From Styela clava (taxonomy: Eukaryota): DNA of 64,000 bases. A model generated the notes under the pieces. That model was not told the DNA's origin. It made no database searches and was given only the letters and a program-made list of their open reading frames with translations. This document shows positions 53,354 to 64,000 of this stretch, piece by piece. The stretch is taken from assembly GCF_964204865.1 (NCBI RefSeq), contig NC_135261.1, positions 12,090,001-12,154,000 of the forward strand. The letters are read 5' to 3'. Position 1 is the stretch's first letter; every line of letters starts with the position of its first letter. The translations under genes and the position numbers were made by a program.

Positions 53354-55765
53354 ATGAACCTCCGTTACAGAATTCTTACAATAAATGATTCGGCAGCTGT
53401 TCGTAAACTTTTGGAAGAACAGTATATTCCTACAAATCATCTTGTAAAACACATTGGAATAGGAAATGATGAACTACGGGATGAATACTATTCACGGGTC
53501 GAAGTAAATATCATTTCGCCATGGACGTTTAAATTTGTTTGAGACCACTTGCGGCCGTCTTCGGTAGCTGACATATATATGTGTGTGTGTGTGTGTTTGT
53601 TAATAACGCTGTAATTGAGCTACGACTCAAGCCCGACATAAAAACGTTGGAATTGGATGGCCCAATATTTGATGTCCAGCTTGAGTTTACAAATGTTTCT
53701 AATGCATGTGTACACTTGACCTGGGAGGCATGTAGATCAGGGCTTCCCAAACTAGGGGCCGCGGCCCTCGAAGGGGCCGCGAAACGAATTTTAGGGGCCG
53801 CAAAGAGAACACCAAATTTACACAAAGTACTCTATCTGTTGTACTTTTAAAATTCAGGTTCAGTCTCATTTTCGGATTTTGCATTCATTTTCTCATTGCA
53901 TATTTCACATATATTATTTATTCTGAATGTATTTTATTTTCTCATTATTGCAAATGATGTGTTTATGAATCAAATTCATTTTACCATTCTATGTTGTTCA
54001 CTTTCTGTTACGTAGGGTCTATTGTTGCGTAACAGAAGAGTTGCAATTTCGTAGGCTGCGGTTTATTCATTTGCTGAAGCGAGATTATCGAACATGGGTG
54101 ATTTTTTAGCATTTTAAAGAAAAACCAGGCAGGGATACGAAATAAAAGTTAACCTTTGCCTTTATTCATTAGGCCTACATGTTTATAAAACCCAAAAGGC
54201 ATAAAGTACACATTAACGACGACAAAATTGTGTTTTTTTTTTGAGGCAGCATATGTTTTGTGTAGGTGCGCCTCAAGTTTCCCTGATAATTTGACGTCGC
54301 ACAAACCGCTGCCTTGTGCTAAATTTGATCAATAAGAGTGAGTAACAATTCCGGATAAGAACCATGCCGTCGGTGGCCAGACATCGTAATTCATCATTTA
54401 GGCATGCATAAACAAACATTGAGCCACGGCTGGACTTTTTATGCAGCAAAAATCATTTGCACCCATTAACCTTAGTAAATATGTGCTTGTTTTTGTTATT
54501 GAGTAGGCCTACTTAAATTTGAGAATTAGCTGTGTCAATAAAATATTAAAAATACATATTTCGAACTGTTTAGCATTACGTGAACAAGGGCCGCGATAAA
54601 TTTCAATTTATAAAATTTATGGGAAGCCCTGATGTATGACCATTTGTGTTGGTGGACCCGTGATTTTCAATTGTTGATGAAACTGTTTATGCACTTTAGC
54701 CATTTTTGAGACAAGGAAATTCACTCGGGGCGTTCGATGAATCAGATCAATTAGTTGCAGTTGTTGTTAATGTTGAACATGAAGAAGAAAGAGAAAAACT
54801 ATTTGATGAAAAAGCGCTGAAATCACAGGAAAATAAAAATAAAAGTGCTGTTTATCGGGTAAATATAAAATAATATTTCTAACATCAAGTTCTTTCAATG
54901 CCATCAATATATATTACATACGTTACGCTAATTGCATATGTAGTCAATTTACTAGGATCTCGTGGTGTAAAAGGTTGATTTATCCAAACTTTAATTAATG
55001 ACAACAATGAATCTTCTATGAACATTATTGTTTAGAGAAAGGGAGAGATGAAATGGAAAACAATTAAAGCCTATTCATTTTATACCGATTATATTTAGTC
55101 TCGTATTTTTCACTAAAATATATTTACCGGGCATGAAGTTTATTCATATATTTTTGGATGTCTCCATAGCTAATCAAACAACTCGGAAAGGATGATCTAC
55201 CTGTCATTTTAGGAACAACTGAGTACTGGGAGCTGAAAATGGCAACAGTCCATCCAAAATATCGTCGATCGGGAGTGGTGAATGAATTGATTCGAAGGTA
55301 AGCGTATATATCATTCGTACATATTATTCACTTCTATGCAACTATAAAATTGGAAGATTATAGAAAAACAAAATTCAATCCCCTTAAACTTTGGCATTTT
55401 AGTTAGTTTTAATAATAAGAACTTGAAAAACGCAAACTACCACCGGTTTCTAGAATGTAGTTCGAAATTTTGGTTTTGGTGCTCTCATTTACATTATTGT
55501 AATTTATTTTCATTGTAGAACCATCGAACTTGCCAAGCTGAAAAATATAAAAAAACTAGTGGGTTCTCAAACTTACGAACAACCTCGAGATAATCCTCTC
55601 AGACTGTATGTTATAAAGCGGATTGAGTTGGGTGAATACATAGACTCCGTGACTGGAAAGAAGATATTTTCTGGATTGAAACCGCCGCATCATGTTCAAA
55701 TATTGTACGGATATGATGTAGAAAAAGATGATGACACTTCTATACATCACAAAAGTCACCTTTAG
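53354..55765 (+). CDS. GNAT N-acetyltransferase, insect-type AANAT-like, paralog B, about 227 aa
   Basis: Exons 53354-53503, 54700-54858, 55170-55297 and 55519-55765 form an open 684-nt frame. Acetyl-CoA motif A TVHPKYRRSGVV, SLGAFDESDQLVAV, and C-terminal EYIDSVTGKKIFSGLKPPH. Confidence 0.87.
53738..54631. mobile_element. hAT MITE in GNAT-B intron 1
   Basis: CAGGGCTTCCCAAA.. / ..TGGGAAGCCCTG, subterminal GGGCCGCG motifs, and imperfect flanks ATGTAGAT / ATGTATGA. Confidence 0.82.
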
Positions 55766-55904
55766 TTCTAATCTTACGTTATTGTTGTACTTTCCAAGGT
55801 AATCCATATCACCCGGACATCAATTACTGTTTAACTAAACGTTAGTCTCTTAACCGACCTGTGTGCTTATGACTGTGTTCGTTGTATATTATTTTACATA
55901 GTTA

Positions 55905-56050
55905 TTGATTTTGGGATTCGAAGTGGACCTATGAATTCTTTTGTTGTTGTTAGTATTCTTCTTATTGTTGGTATTGTTGTGAGAAAAATCGCTTTTTTTT
56001 TGACTACTGAACCAATTGCTTTGATTTTCAGTGATTGAAATGTGTTGTTG
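55905..56050 (-). repeat. Dispersed HINE-like repeat family, reverse-strand partial copy
   Basis: The reverse complement matches the CACTGAAAAT..CAATTG..(AAC)n block of the 33540 and 59101 copies. Confidence 0.45.
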
Positions 56051-56383
56051 TTGCTAAGAGACTATTACATTTTTAGTTCAATATTTCTTTGAGTTTCTTG
56101 GGATTGGCTTGTATGTGTGAGATAGCGTCATCAAAATTAAAAATTGAGCATCTTGTGGCGGTTCCGTGTTTGCTTTCTTTGCTATATGGCATACCGGTAT
56201 TGTTAAAGATTAGATTCCCGTACTACTTTGTTTTCATATATTTGTCGAGTTCATATATTTGAGCATTGCTTTATTGTTGTTTGTCAAACAGTGCATGTTT
56301 GTGTTCATATTTTTTGAAAGTAAACAGGTAAAATTCGTGCCACGATACATATACTGAAATACATAACTAGCTACAGTCTAGAA

Positions 56384-56526
56384 CAGTGGTTCTCAAACTT
56401 CTTTAGTCTCAGAGCAAACCTCAAAGTTGTGAAGAGCCGCACACAAACAACGCAAGTTAAAATTGCAACAAAACTAGGCACGTATTTAAAATACCAAGTC
56501 ATCGTAAGAACAACACACGTAACAAC
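56384..56526 (+). mobile_element. Left end of a hAT (CAGTG-type) element; right end not found
   Basis: Target-like GTCTAGAA followed by CAGTGGTTCTCAAACTT. Confidence 0.55.
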
Positions 56527-57940
56527 TAGGGCTGAGCAAAATTTTCGAACGAATCGAATAATAAAATATTCGAATGGCATTTCACTTACTTATGGCAGAT
56601 TTTTAACCCCGCATGATTGGTGACATGTCATTAACCATTTCTTACATGACCCGAACATAAAATTGATTAAAAATAAATGTTAAAATGAGTTTTCCGCGTT
56701 TCCTCGCGAGAAAGGCGATTGTAGGTCGTTAGAAAACTCGATTTATATGTATAGCATGGATTTAAAAATGACCAGTCAAAGTTTTTACAAAAGCTGGTAT
56801 AAGTTATCTGTATGAAAAACACGTATTAGCTTGTAACCAGATAGGAAATGTCATGTCCTACTCCATTTAAACCACATTGTATTAGCTCTTTAGGGATTCC
56901 CTCCATCCTTCGCCAAGTAATTTTTCGAATACGTAAACATTTTACTCGACCATGCATGGACGTTGAGCCAAGAGTAGATTGTAAAATCAATCGTGAATTT
57001 CGTTGTAACAATGCACACTGACTCGTTCACGAATTGTTGCGTCTATTATCATCGAAAATGATTACAATTGTTAAATTTTGAAGCATTTGGGCAGTAATAA
57101 ATAATGCATGACATAATCAAAATCATAAGGTGAAGTGCTGAATTTGCAAATTCTGTAAATAAAATTGAGCATTACTCAGTAAGTGATTTAGCTATAATAA
57201 CCGCCGGGGTGTTGTTTTGTTGAAAAAAAGTTAAAATGTGAAGGAATTAAATATAAATTTTTGTCTGACCCTCTATTAGTCACAAAGGCCTAGAAATGCC
57301 TTTATTGCCACTTTGTTTAATCGCTATTTTAAAACAACATTCAGGAGTCAAGCAATCGCAAATTTGCTAAGTTTATCTATCTAATACTAAAATAGCACGA
57401 ACACCATAGAAAAGCATGAGAAACCCAATTATAATTTTAATAAATATCTGCATCTCGGTTACCGTTCACTGTGAGCAGGCACGGTTAATTTACAAGCGGT
57501 GATAAGTAAGATCAAAGCCAAGGCCGAGGATAAAACTCAGAATAAGATTAATTTGATTTTGATCAGTCATCAGTCCTTAATATCTTCAACAGCTGTCGCT
57601 GATGTGAACGCACGGGTATACTAGAAATTTAAAACTTCGATATCCGACGACCCCGTAAATGGCGGGAATATAGAATACCAACTTTAGGATATCACCGCCG
57701 AAACGATCGCGGTGACAAAGACAAACAACGATTATGATGAAATTAACCATTAACCAGTAAAAAAAACGCTTTATTGCCGACATTTCAATGTTTCTATCAA
57801 TTTCTAAATGGAGTATTGACCTCCGACGTTTTGTACCCTGTTATGTATAAAAAAAATATATTCATTATTCGACTATCCGGTATTCGTTAAAAATATTCAA
57901 ATTATTCGATTCGAGAAAATATTCGATTTTGTCCACCCTA
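56527..57940. mobile_element. TAGGG-type hAT non-autonomous element related to the 6464 MITE
   Basis: TAGGGCTGAGCAAAATTTTCGAA.. / ..TTCGATTTTGTCCACCCTA with (TCGAA)-rich subterminal blocks. The TSD is degenerate. Confidence 0.65.
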
Positions 57941-59100
57941 ACTAACAGCCTTTTAATTTGGTTTGGTTTTCTAATAAGTCAAAATTTGTTCTAAATAAGT
58001 TCTAAATTTGTCGAAGCGAGTCGTAATTGTGGAGGATGCAAAGTGCAGTAGCTGGTTGAGATGATCGGCAGATATTTCGGGATTTTCGATTACTGAAACA
58101 AAATTAAAATGCTCCAGAAATTAAAGCAATCATTGAGTTATTTGATTTATACATATTATTTGGAAATGCGACAAAAACTGAAAAATCCACGAAACGAGCC
58201 AGTGATTACAGCCATATCTAAAATCTCTCCAAATGAAAAGTGTGTGCATGAGTGGCTTCGTGAACGCTTACTGTTGCGTCACCATTGCATCTTGTAGATT
58301 GAACGCTACGCAAATAAACACGGGGATTCCATTCGACTAACATAACTAATAGACTTTCGCATTTTAATTTCAAGTCAATGATTTAATTTCAAGTCAATGA
58401 TTATTTTTCAATGAAAAATTTCCCTTTGTAAGTAATTAATGTTTTTAGACGAGCTCTGCCGGAAGTCATCGTTTTGCAGCCAGATATTGTTTTTTCCCCT
58501 TTAATATAAATGACTAAATATCGGAGCAATCTAGTAAAGCGATCTAACAATCATGGAAAATATGCCGTACATCAGTAAGACATTTATCTGGTGCGTGTGA
58601 CATCAAACTCACTGAGCGAGACGTCCATTTGGTAGCTACTACTTTTATGCCTGCCATTGAAATAGAATTAACTCGAATATATTTGCGTATTAGTCAAAAA
58701 ATACATAATTTTGAAATTTCAATTCAAGAATAGGAAACATACGAAGTTATAGGAAATTGAAGGCAATGTAACGCGCACTTATTTACGTGTTTACTGTCTT
58801 TCTTTTATCGTTCTCGTACTCGTGTTAATTACCAAGATGCATTTCGTCACATTAAACAATCCGCTTAAATTTAATTAACCAATGAGGCTTATGGAGGCGA
58901 CTTGTCTGTCACGTGTACATTGATACGGGTTATCGAGTCCCATATGACTTGGAGTCAATTGGGTAAAAGTTATTAAGTTAATGGCAACTTCTTTCCTACT
59001 TAGGTAGCTTTCATTGATTAATGAAAAAATGATTGAAAAAAATTAATGTTTCATAAGTCGTGGACGAGACGACAAAAACTTCCCAATCAAAAGCAACAAA

Positions 59101-59381
59101 TACAAGAGAGCTATGCTCAATTATATAGACACGTCACAAGGTGTAGCTATTTTTTATTCTAACACATAAAAAACGAATCTCTTGAAGTCCACAGAAATTT
59201 TTGAAGTAAGTAAAAATAATAGCCTTCTGGCGAAACAATCAATCTTTCACCACTAAAAATTTCAAGCAATTGATCCAGTATTCGAAGAGAAAACCGATTT
59301 TATGATGACGAAGAAGAATGTCAACAAGAACAACAACATAATATCGAAACGATCGTTATGTACACTGACGCGTCCATTAAT
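59101..59381 (+). repeat. Dispersed HINE-like repeat family, copy 2
   Basis: Similar to 33540-33892 (see that entry). Confidence 0.55.
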
Positions 59382-60161
59382 AACATTTTATGAATACGAT
59401 CTACATTGGACTTTGTGTTACTGAATAAGTTCTGTCACACAGATTTTGTCGTAGTTTGCAACACAGAAATATGAAGCAAAATCAAGATATTTTGAGTACA
59501 CGATGATATATCAATTATACAAGCGGTTGCAATAAATCTCGCTGTAATCTTGTGTATGAAGAATCGAGCCGTCACTCCTAACTTTATGACCAGTCAGATT
59601 AAACTATTTATACTGACATTTATTGTACGAGCCCTAATTCTTTGTGTATGAACCAAAGGTTACTAGTTAATTTTTAACCACGATGCTTATATTCCAGTCG
59701 ATGACCGTCGTGTAGGCCTACTAGCAGTCCTCGAATCGCATTTAGTTCAAATTGAGTGGTTAAGCCGTTGTAGCATCATGAATATAATCATTACGATGGC
59801 CAATTGAGCATTACGCTAGGTCGTAGAATGATGTTCAGCGTTACCAATTACCAGTTGTGGTGAGTGCGAAATGTTATGCACATTAGTATATGAAAATAAC
59901 TAGAAATTTAGGTAGATTTGATAAAAATAGCCTGAATCCGTTAAAGACAGAAGTTGAAACGTAATACTGATATATATCAGGGCAAATAAAAAATGACTCT
60001 TAAGACTACCAAATAAATCAATAATATTTCGTTCTTCAAATATAGCACATGATTTGAAAACAAAAACTACTAAGCGCTGTGTAACGTCTGTTGTTTTATC
60101 TACGTGTGGTTGCTGTTCAAAATTGTATTTTGACTTTAGGTAACGTGAAATAGCATGAAGC

Positions 60162-61614
60162 ATGGATCTCAAATACAGAATTCTTACATTAGACGACTTG
60201 AAAGATGTTCGTCAACTTTTGGAAGACCATTATACTAACAAGTTTGCTCTCATGAAATACCTTGGAGTGGAAAATGACGATCTACGTGACACCTACTATT
60301 CGCGTGTTGGGGTTAATATTACATAGTTATATTCTTTTTACATTTTGTAGAACTATCGTGGTTGCAGAAGTTTTCTGTGCTTGCTGATTTGAGATTCTCC
60401 ATTTCCATAAAGCTTATTAATTTGAACATCATATAAAATTTGAAATCACTAATTTACAAGAGTATATATTTAGTTGGCGCATGCAATTTTTTTCCTGCCA
60501 GTCTCTGTTCTCTTACCTGGTTCAATAAAAACTGTTTACTATTGTATATAAAACATGTGTCATATTCGTGGAATAGATCCTTAAGTATTATTCTTTGTTT
60601 CGATGTCAACGTGATTTTCCACTGTTTATGAAATTATTTATAATTTAGCCATTTCTAAAACAAGAAAACTCATTTGGAGGATTTGATGAAACGAAGCAAT
60701 TACTTGCAGTTATTGTTAATGTTAAATATGAGGAAAACGAAAAAATGAATTTTGAAAAGGTGTTGAAATCACAGGGAAACAAAAAGATAGATGCAATTGT
60801 TCGGGTAAATATTAAATATTACTTCTATCATACCGCTTTTCTCCGTGCCATGTTGATAATCCCCAATAAGGTTTCACGATTTTGCCATTTACAAAGAACA
60901 GACCTGTTTAAATTTATGTAATAACTTATATCTTGTCGCCTAGAATTCGGTCAATAATATTCAGTGGTTATGATATTAATAAAACTTTTCTAACGTCTCC
61001 ATAGCTAATGAAACATCTCGGTAAAGATGAACTACCCGCCATTTTGAGAACTACTGAGTATTGGGAGATGAAGATGATAACAGTTCATCCAAAATATCGT
61101 CGCTCGGGAGTGGTAAAGGAATTGATTCGAAAGTAAGTCCAAATGCCATAGTTGTATACCATTTTATAGATCAATAAAAACAAAAGATGTCAGAAAACAA
61201 AGATGCAATTGCGTTTCAATTCGACATTACATTTTACTGCATAAGAAATCGAATGGGCATATATTCTGAAATTTACATATTAAAAAGAGCTATCTTTACT
61301 TTAGTGTTCTCTTCCATAGAAATATCATTTATTTATATTGTAGAACCATCGAACTTGCAAAGCGGAAAAATATTGAAAAACTTGTGTGTTTCCAAACTTA
61401 CGAACAACCACCAGATAATCCTCTTGGATTGTATGTTATAAAACGAATTCAACTGAGCGAATACACAGACTCCGTAACTGGGAAAAAGATATTTTCTGGA
61501 TTGAATCCACCAAACCACGTTCAAATTATGTACGGATATAATGTACAAGAAAATAATAATACCACTTCTGAACATTTCACAGATGTCACAAGTACGTCAT
61601 CTAATATTCGATAA
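60162..61614 (+). CDS. GNAT N-acetyltransferase, insect-type AANAT-like, paralog C, about 234 aa
   Basis: Exons 60162-60311, 60649-60804, 61005-61132 and 61344-61614 form an open 705-nt frame with the same intron positions as paralog B. Motifs TVHPKYRRSGVV and YTDSVTGKKIFSGLNPPNH. Confidence 0.87.
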
Positions 61615-63032
61615 ATTTACAAGAGGGCTTCGTCAATCAGATGACTAGTGGAATATTTCGTGGCGCCTTGTTAACTGGGGATGTCCGTTTTAGTAAATTG
61701 TTAAATGTCCTAATCTTGTTTCTCGCTTTATTGGTTGGTTGCACCACGAAAATAAATATCTGCACTCATTAACATTCACTTGAAATTTTAATTTTTTGTT
61801 GCACTCACTGCTCAATCGCATTAGAATGTAAGCGTATAACTAATTAGAACAAATGGCTTTTATGGCGGAACTATATTTCGCCCTTTTTTTGTTTTTATCT
61901 GTTTATATTTTTTGGGTCGTGTGTAGAATCGTGGTTTTAACAAATATATTTTTCAATTAACTAAATTTCGTTTTTCTCGGCTAAATCCGAGTACCTCTGC
62001 CAACGTGACATTGTTTAGGACTACTCCTATTTTGTTGTTGATCGGACTACTGTTAGGTTGGTCCTAATTTTTTCGTTAATTTATTCTTCTGGAATTTCTA
62101 AAAAATGAAATAGAGAATTTCAAGAAAAGTGAGGTGGTGGTTTAGAGCAAAGATAAATGCGTTGGTGAGACTATATAAAGAAATGCTATGCTGCCGATGA
62201 CATCATATGCTATAACATGAATGTCGTTTTGAATGGCATATCTGTACTTTTTCTAATTGTTTTTCGGAGTGCTCCTGGACTGCTAAAGAAGGTGAGCTAG
62301 CTTTAAAGGTGATAACTCTTCTGCCTATTATGTTTGTTTTCAAAGCTTTACTTCACATTAGTTGTTGAGTAATATGGTATCTCGTATAAAAACGAGTAGT
62401 AACTGTGATCTATCATAAAGAAGTTTAAGTTTTCTGATCCAAGGTTCGTATGAAGATAGAAGTACACGGTATAGTGACGGTACCACATTACCACACCTGA
62501 GAAATGTGAAAGATAGCTAATTAGTTATAGGTTGGTTATGGCTATAGTTCTACCTACATCTAAAATATCTTGGGTTCAAATGGCCATTCTCTCGAAAGTA
62601 AGTTGAGTACTATTACTTAGTACGAACACACAATGTACGCGATTGCAGTAAACACTCGCTGTTAAAAGTTTGTTTTGGAGTCTAATCGCCGCCCCGGGCT
62701 TGGATCAGTGCGATTTTGTTTCAAACTGATGTCTACAATGATTATTTACACTGACATTTATATTAAGTATAAGCGTCATGCCATAAGTCCAAGCTGGAAC
62801 CTTCTGGTTAATTTTTAACCATGGCTTATTTAATAAACTGCACAATTCAGTGTTGTGGTTTTTGGGTCACATCAGTCATGCTTACGGATAGTATCTACAG
62901 CGCAATGGCAGAATTAGCAAATGTTCGAGTCAAAAAATGATGTTTACGAATTAAGCAATTTTTTAAAGTGTAATATGCAACGATTAAATTTTTTTTAGCC
63001 TAGCCTCTAAAAATACGCTTTTGTGGAGAAAC

Positions 63033-63545
63033 TCGTACTGCATTCTAAATATTGACTCATATATTTTCTATCCATTTTTCAAAACGCTGGTATTGCAAAT
63101 ACTAAAATAGAATTGAGTATTAGTATTTATTGGTTTCAAGGTAAAAAAAATTTACCTTAAAATTGACAACAATTTTCATATTTGCACGAATATATATATA
63201 ATATATATATTTTACGGAATTTTTTCCATTGGCGACGCTTCACGTTGGAGGATATTATGGAACAGCAGAAGATTCTCTCTCTTATCATACCGGACAAAAA
63301 TTTTCGACACCGGACCAAGATAACGATCCCCATTCAGCTAACTGCGCTGCGCGTCATAGAGGTGCGTGGTGGTATCACAGTTGTCACATATCCAATCTTA
63401 ATGGAGAATACGCAAAAACTGTTGGAAAGTACATTACCAAAGGTAACGCATATGGAATCGAATGGCATCGCTGGAATAATGCTTACTATACTATTCAATG
63501 AAATCTGTAGAAATGAAGTTTCGACCAGCTTATTGAGAATACAGC
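63033..63545 (+). pseudogene. Displaced partial duplicate of ficolin-2 (intron 4 fragment plus last exon)
   Basis: Aligns with 31586-31669 plus 32514-32955. The acceptor AG has become GG (63216-63217), and there is a 17-nt deletion near 63242 and a 2-nt insertion near 63489. Confidence 0.9.
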
Positions 63546-63951
63546 AGGGTTCCACTTTTTGGGTACAGATTAAGCTGCGGGCTACCAGTTCAATGTACAC
63601 TTCTAAAAAAGTCAGTTGCTCGATTAAGCTTCAATTATTGATGTAATTACCGGTAATTAGTGAAGTATAGACAATAATAAACTTTAGGATTCTTCAGGAA
63701 ATCAAACGCATATCACAATGTTGCAAATGTATTTCTATCAATAACATTTGTATTTCAAAACTGAGTGTTTTTAAATTGATTTCAACACTCTGCACAAGTC
63801 TAAGATAAAATGGACTTGACAGTTGTACTATCAAATGTTGCAGAGTAGCCTATTATACTCCGACGTGTAACTTGACACTGTCACTCTGAGCGAGTCTTGC
63901 AGATTTTCATCAGTGAGGCGTGTTCCATGTTTGTTCCTGGTGGAGTGAGTC

Positions 63952-64000
63952 GCGGCGCTATGGCCCATCGTGTTAAGCGTTAGGTTCGCAGGTTCGAATC
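63952..64000 (+). mobile_element. 5' head of a SINE from the 40010 family (runs off the window)
   Basis: GCGGCGCTATGGCCCATCGTGTTAAGCGTTAGGTTCGCAGGTTCGAATC matches the 40010 head with a 39-nt internal deletion. Confidence 0.7.

Noticed and set aside
680-63646. Most remaining 60-150 aa ORFs in the supplied track
   Set aside because: They are antisense or off-frame shadows of real exons, or low-complexity AT-rich and TE-derived frames with no motifs or splice support.

Overview
AT-rich, intron-containing animal nuclear DNA. The gene set, especially the short-collagen ficolins, suggests a marine invertebrate chordate such as an ascidian (inference only). Hand splicing with GT-AG junctions and phase checks gives these genes. 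(1) A 12-exon SLC22 transporter (+, 1354-7394). (2) A convergent 10-exon cation-selective Cys-loop receptor whose motifs match 5-HT3 receptors better than nicotinic receptors (-, 8154-17294). (3) Two tandem short-collagen ficolin-like genes, the first disabled by a TGG>TGA change and an exonic hAT MITE, the second intact, plus a displaced dead copy of the last exon at about 63.2 kb. (4) A secreted EGF/EGF-Ca/trypsin-fold protein that has lost the catalytic His (+, 35007-42604). (5) A tandem array of four GNAT acetyltransferases resembling insect-type AANATs, two intact and two decayed (45.3-61.6 kb). Introns and spacers hold many MITEs with readable TIRs and TSDs (hAT-, Merlin/MULE- and Sola-like), Helentron/HINE-like elements, tRNA-derived SINEs and an L1/Tx1 relic. 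The best leads are the 5-HT3-like channel, the divergent insect-type AANAT-like family, and the ficolin plus pseudo-protease pairing. Any functional linkage between these genes is a hypothesis. Family comparisons are from recalled motifs, not searches.
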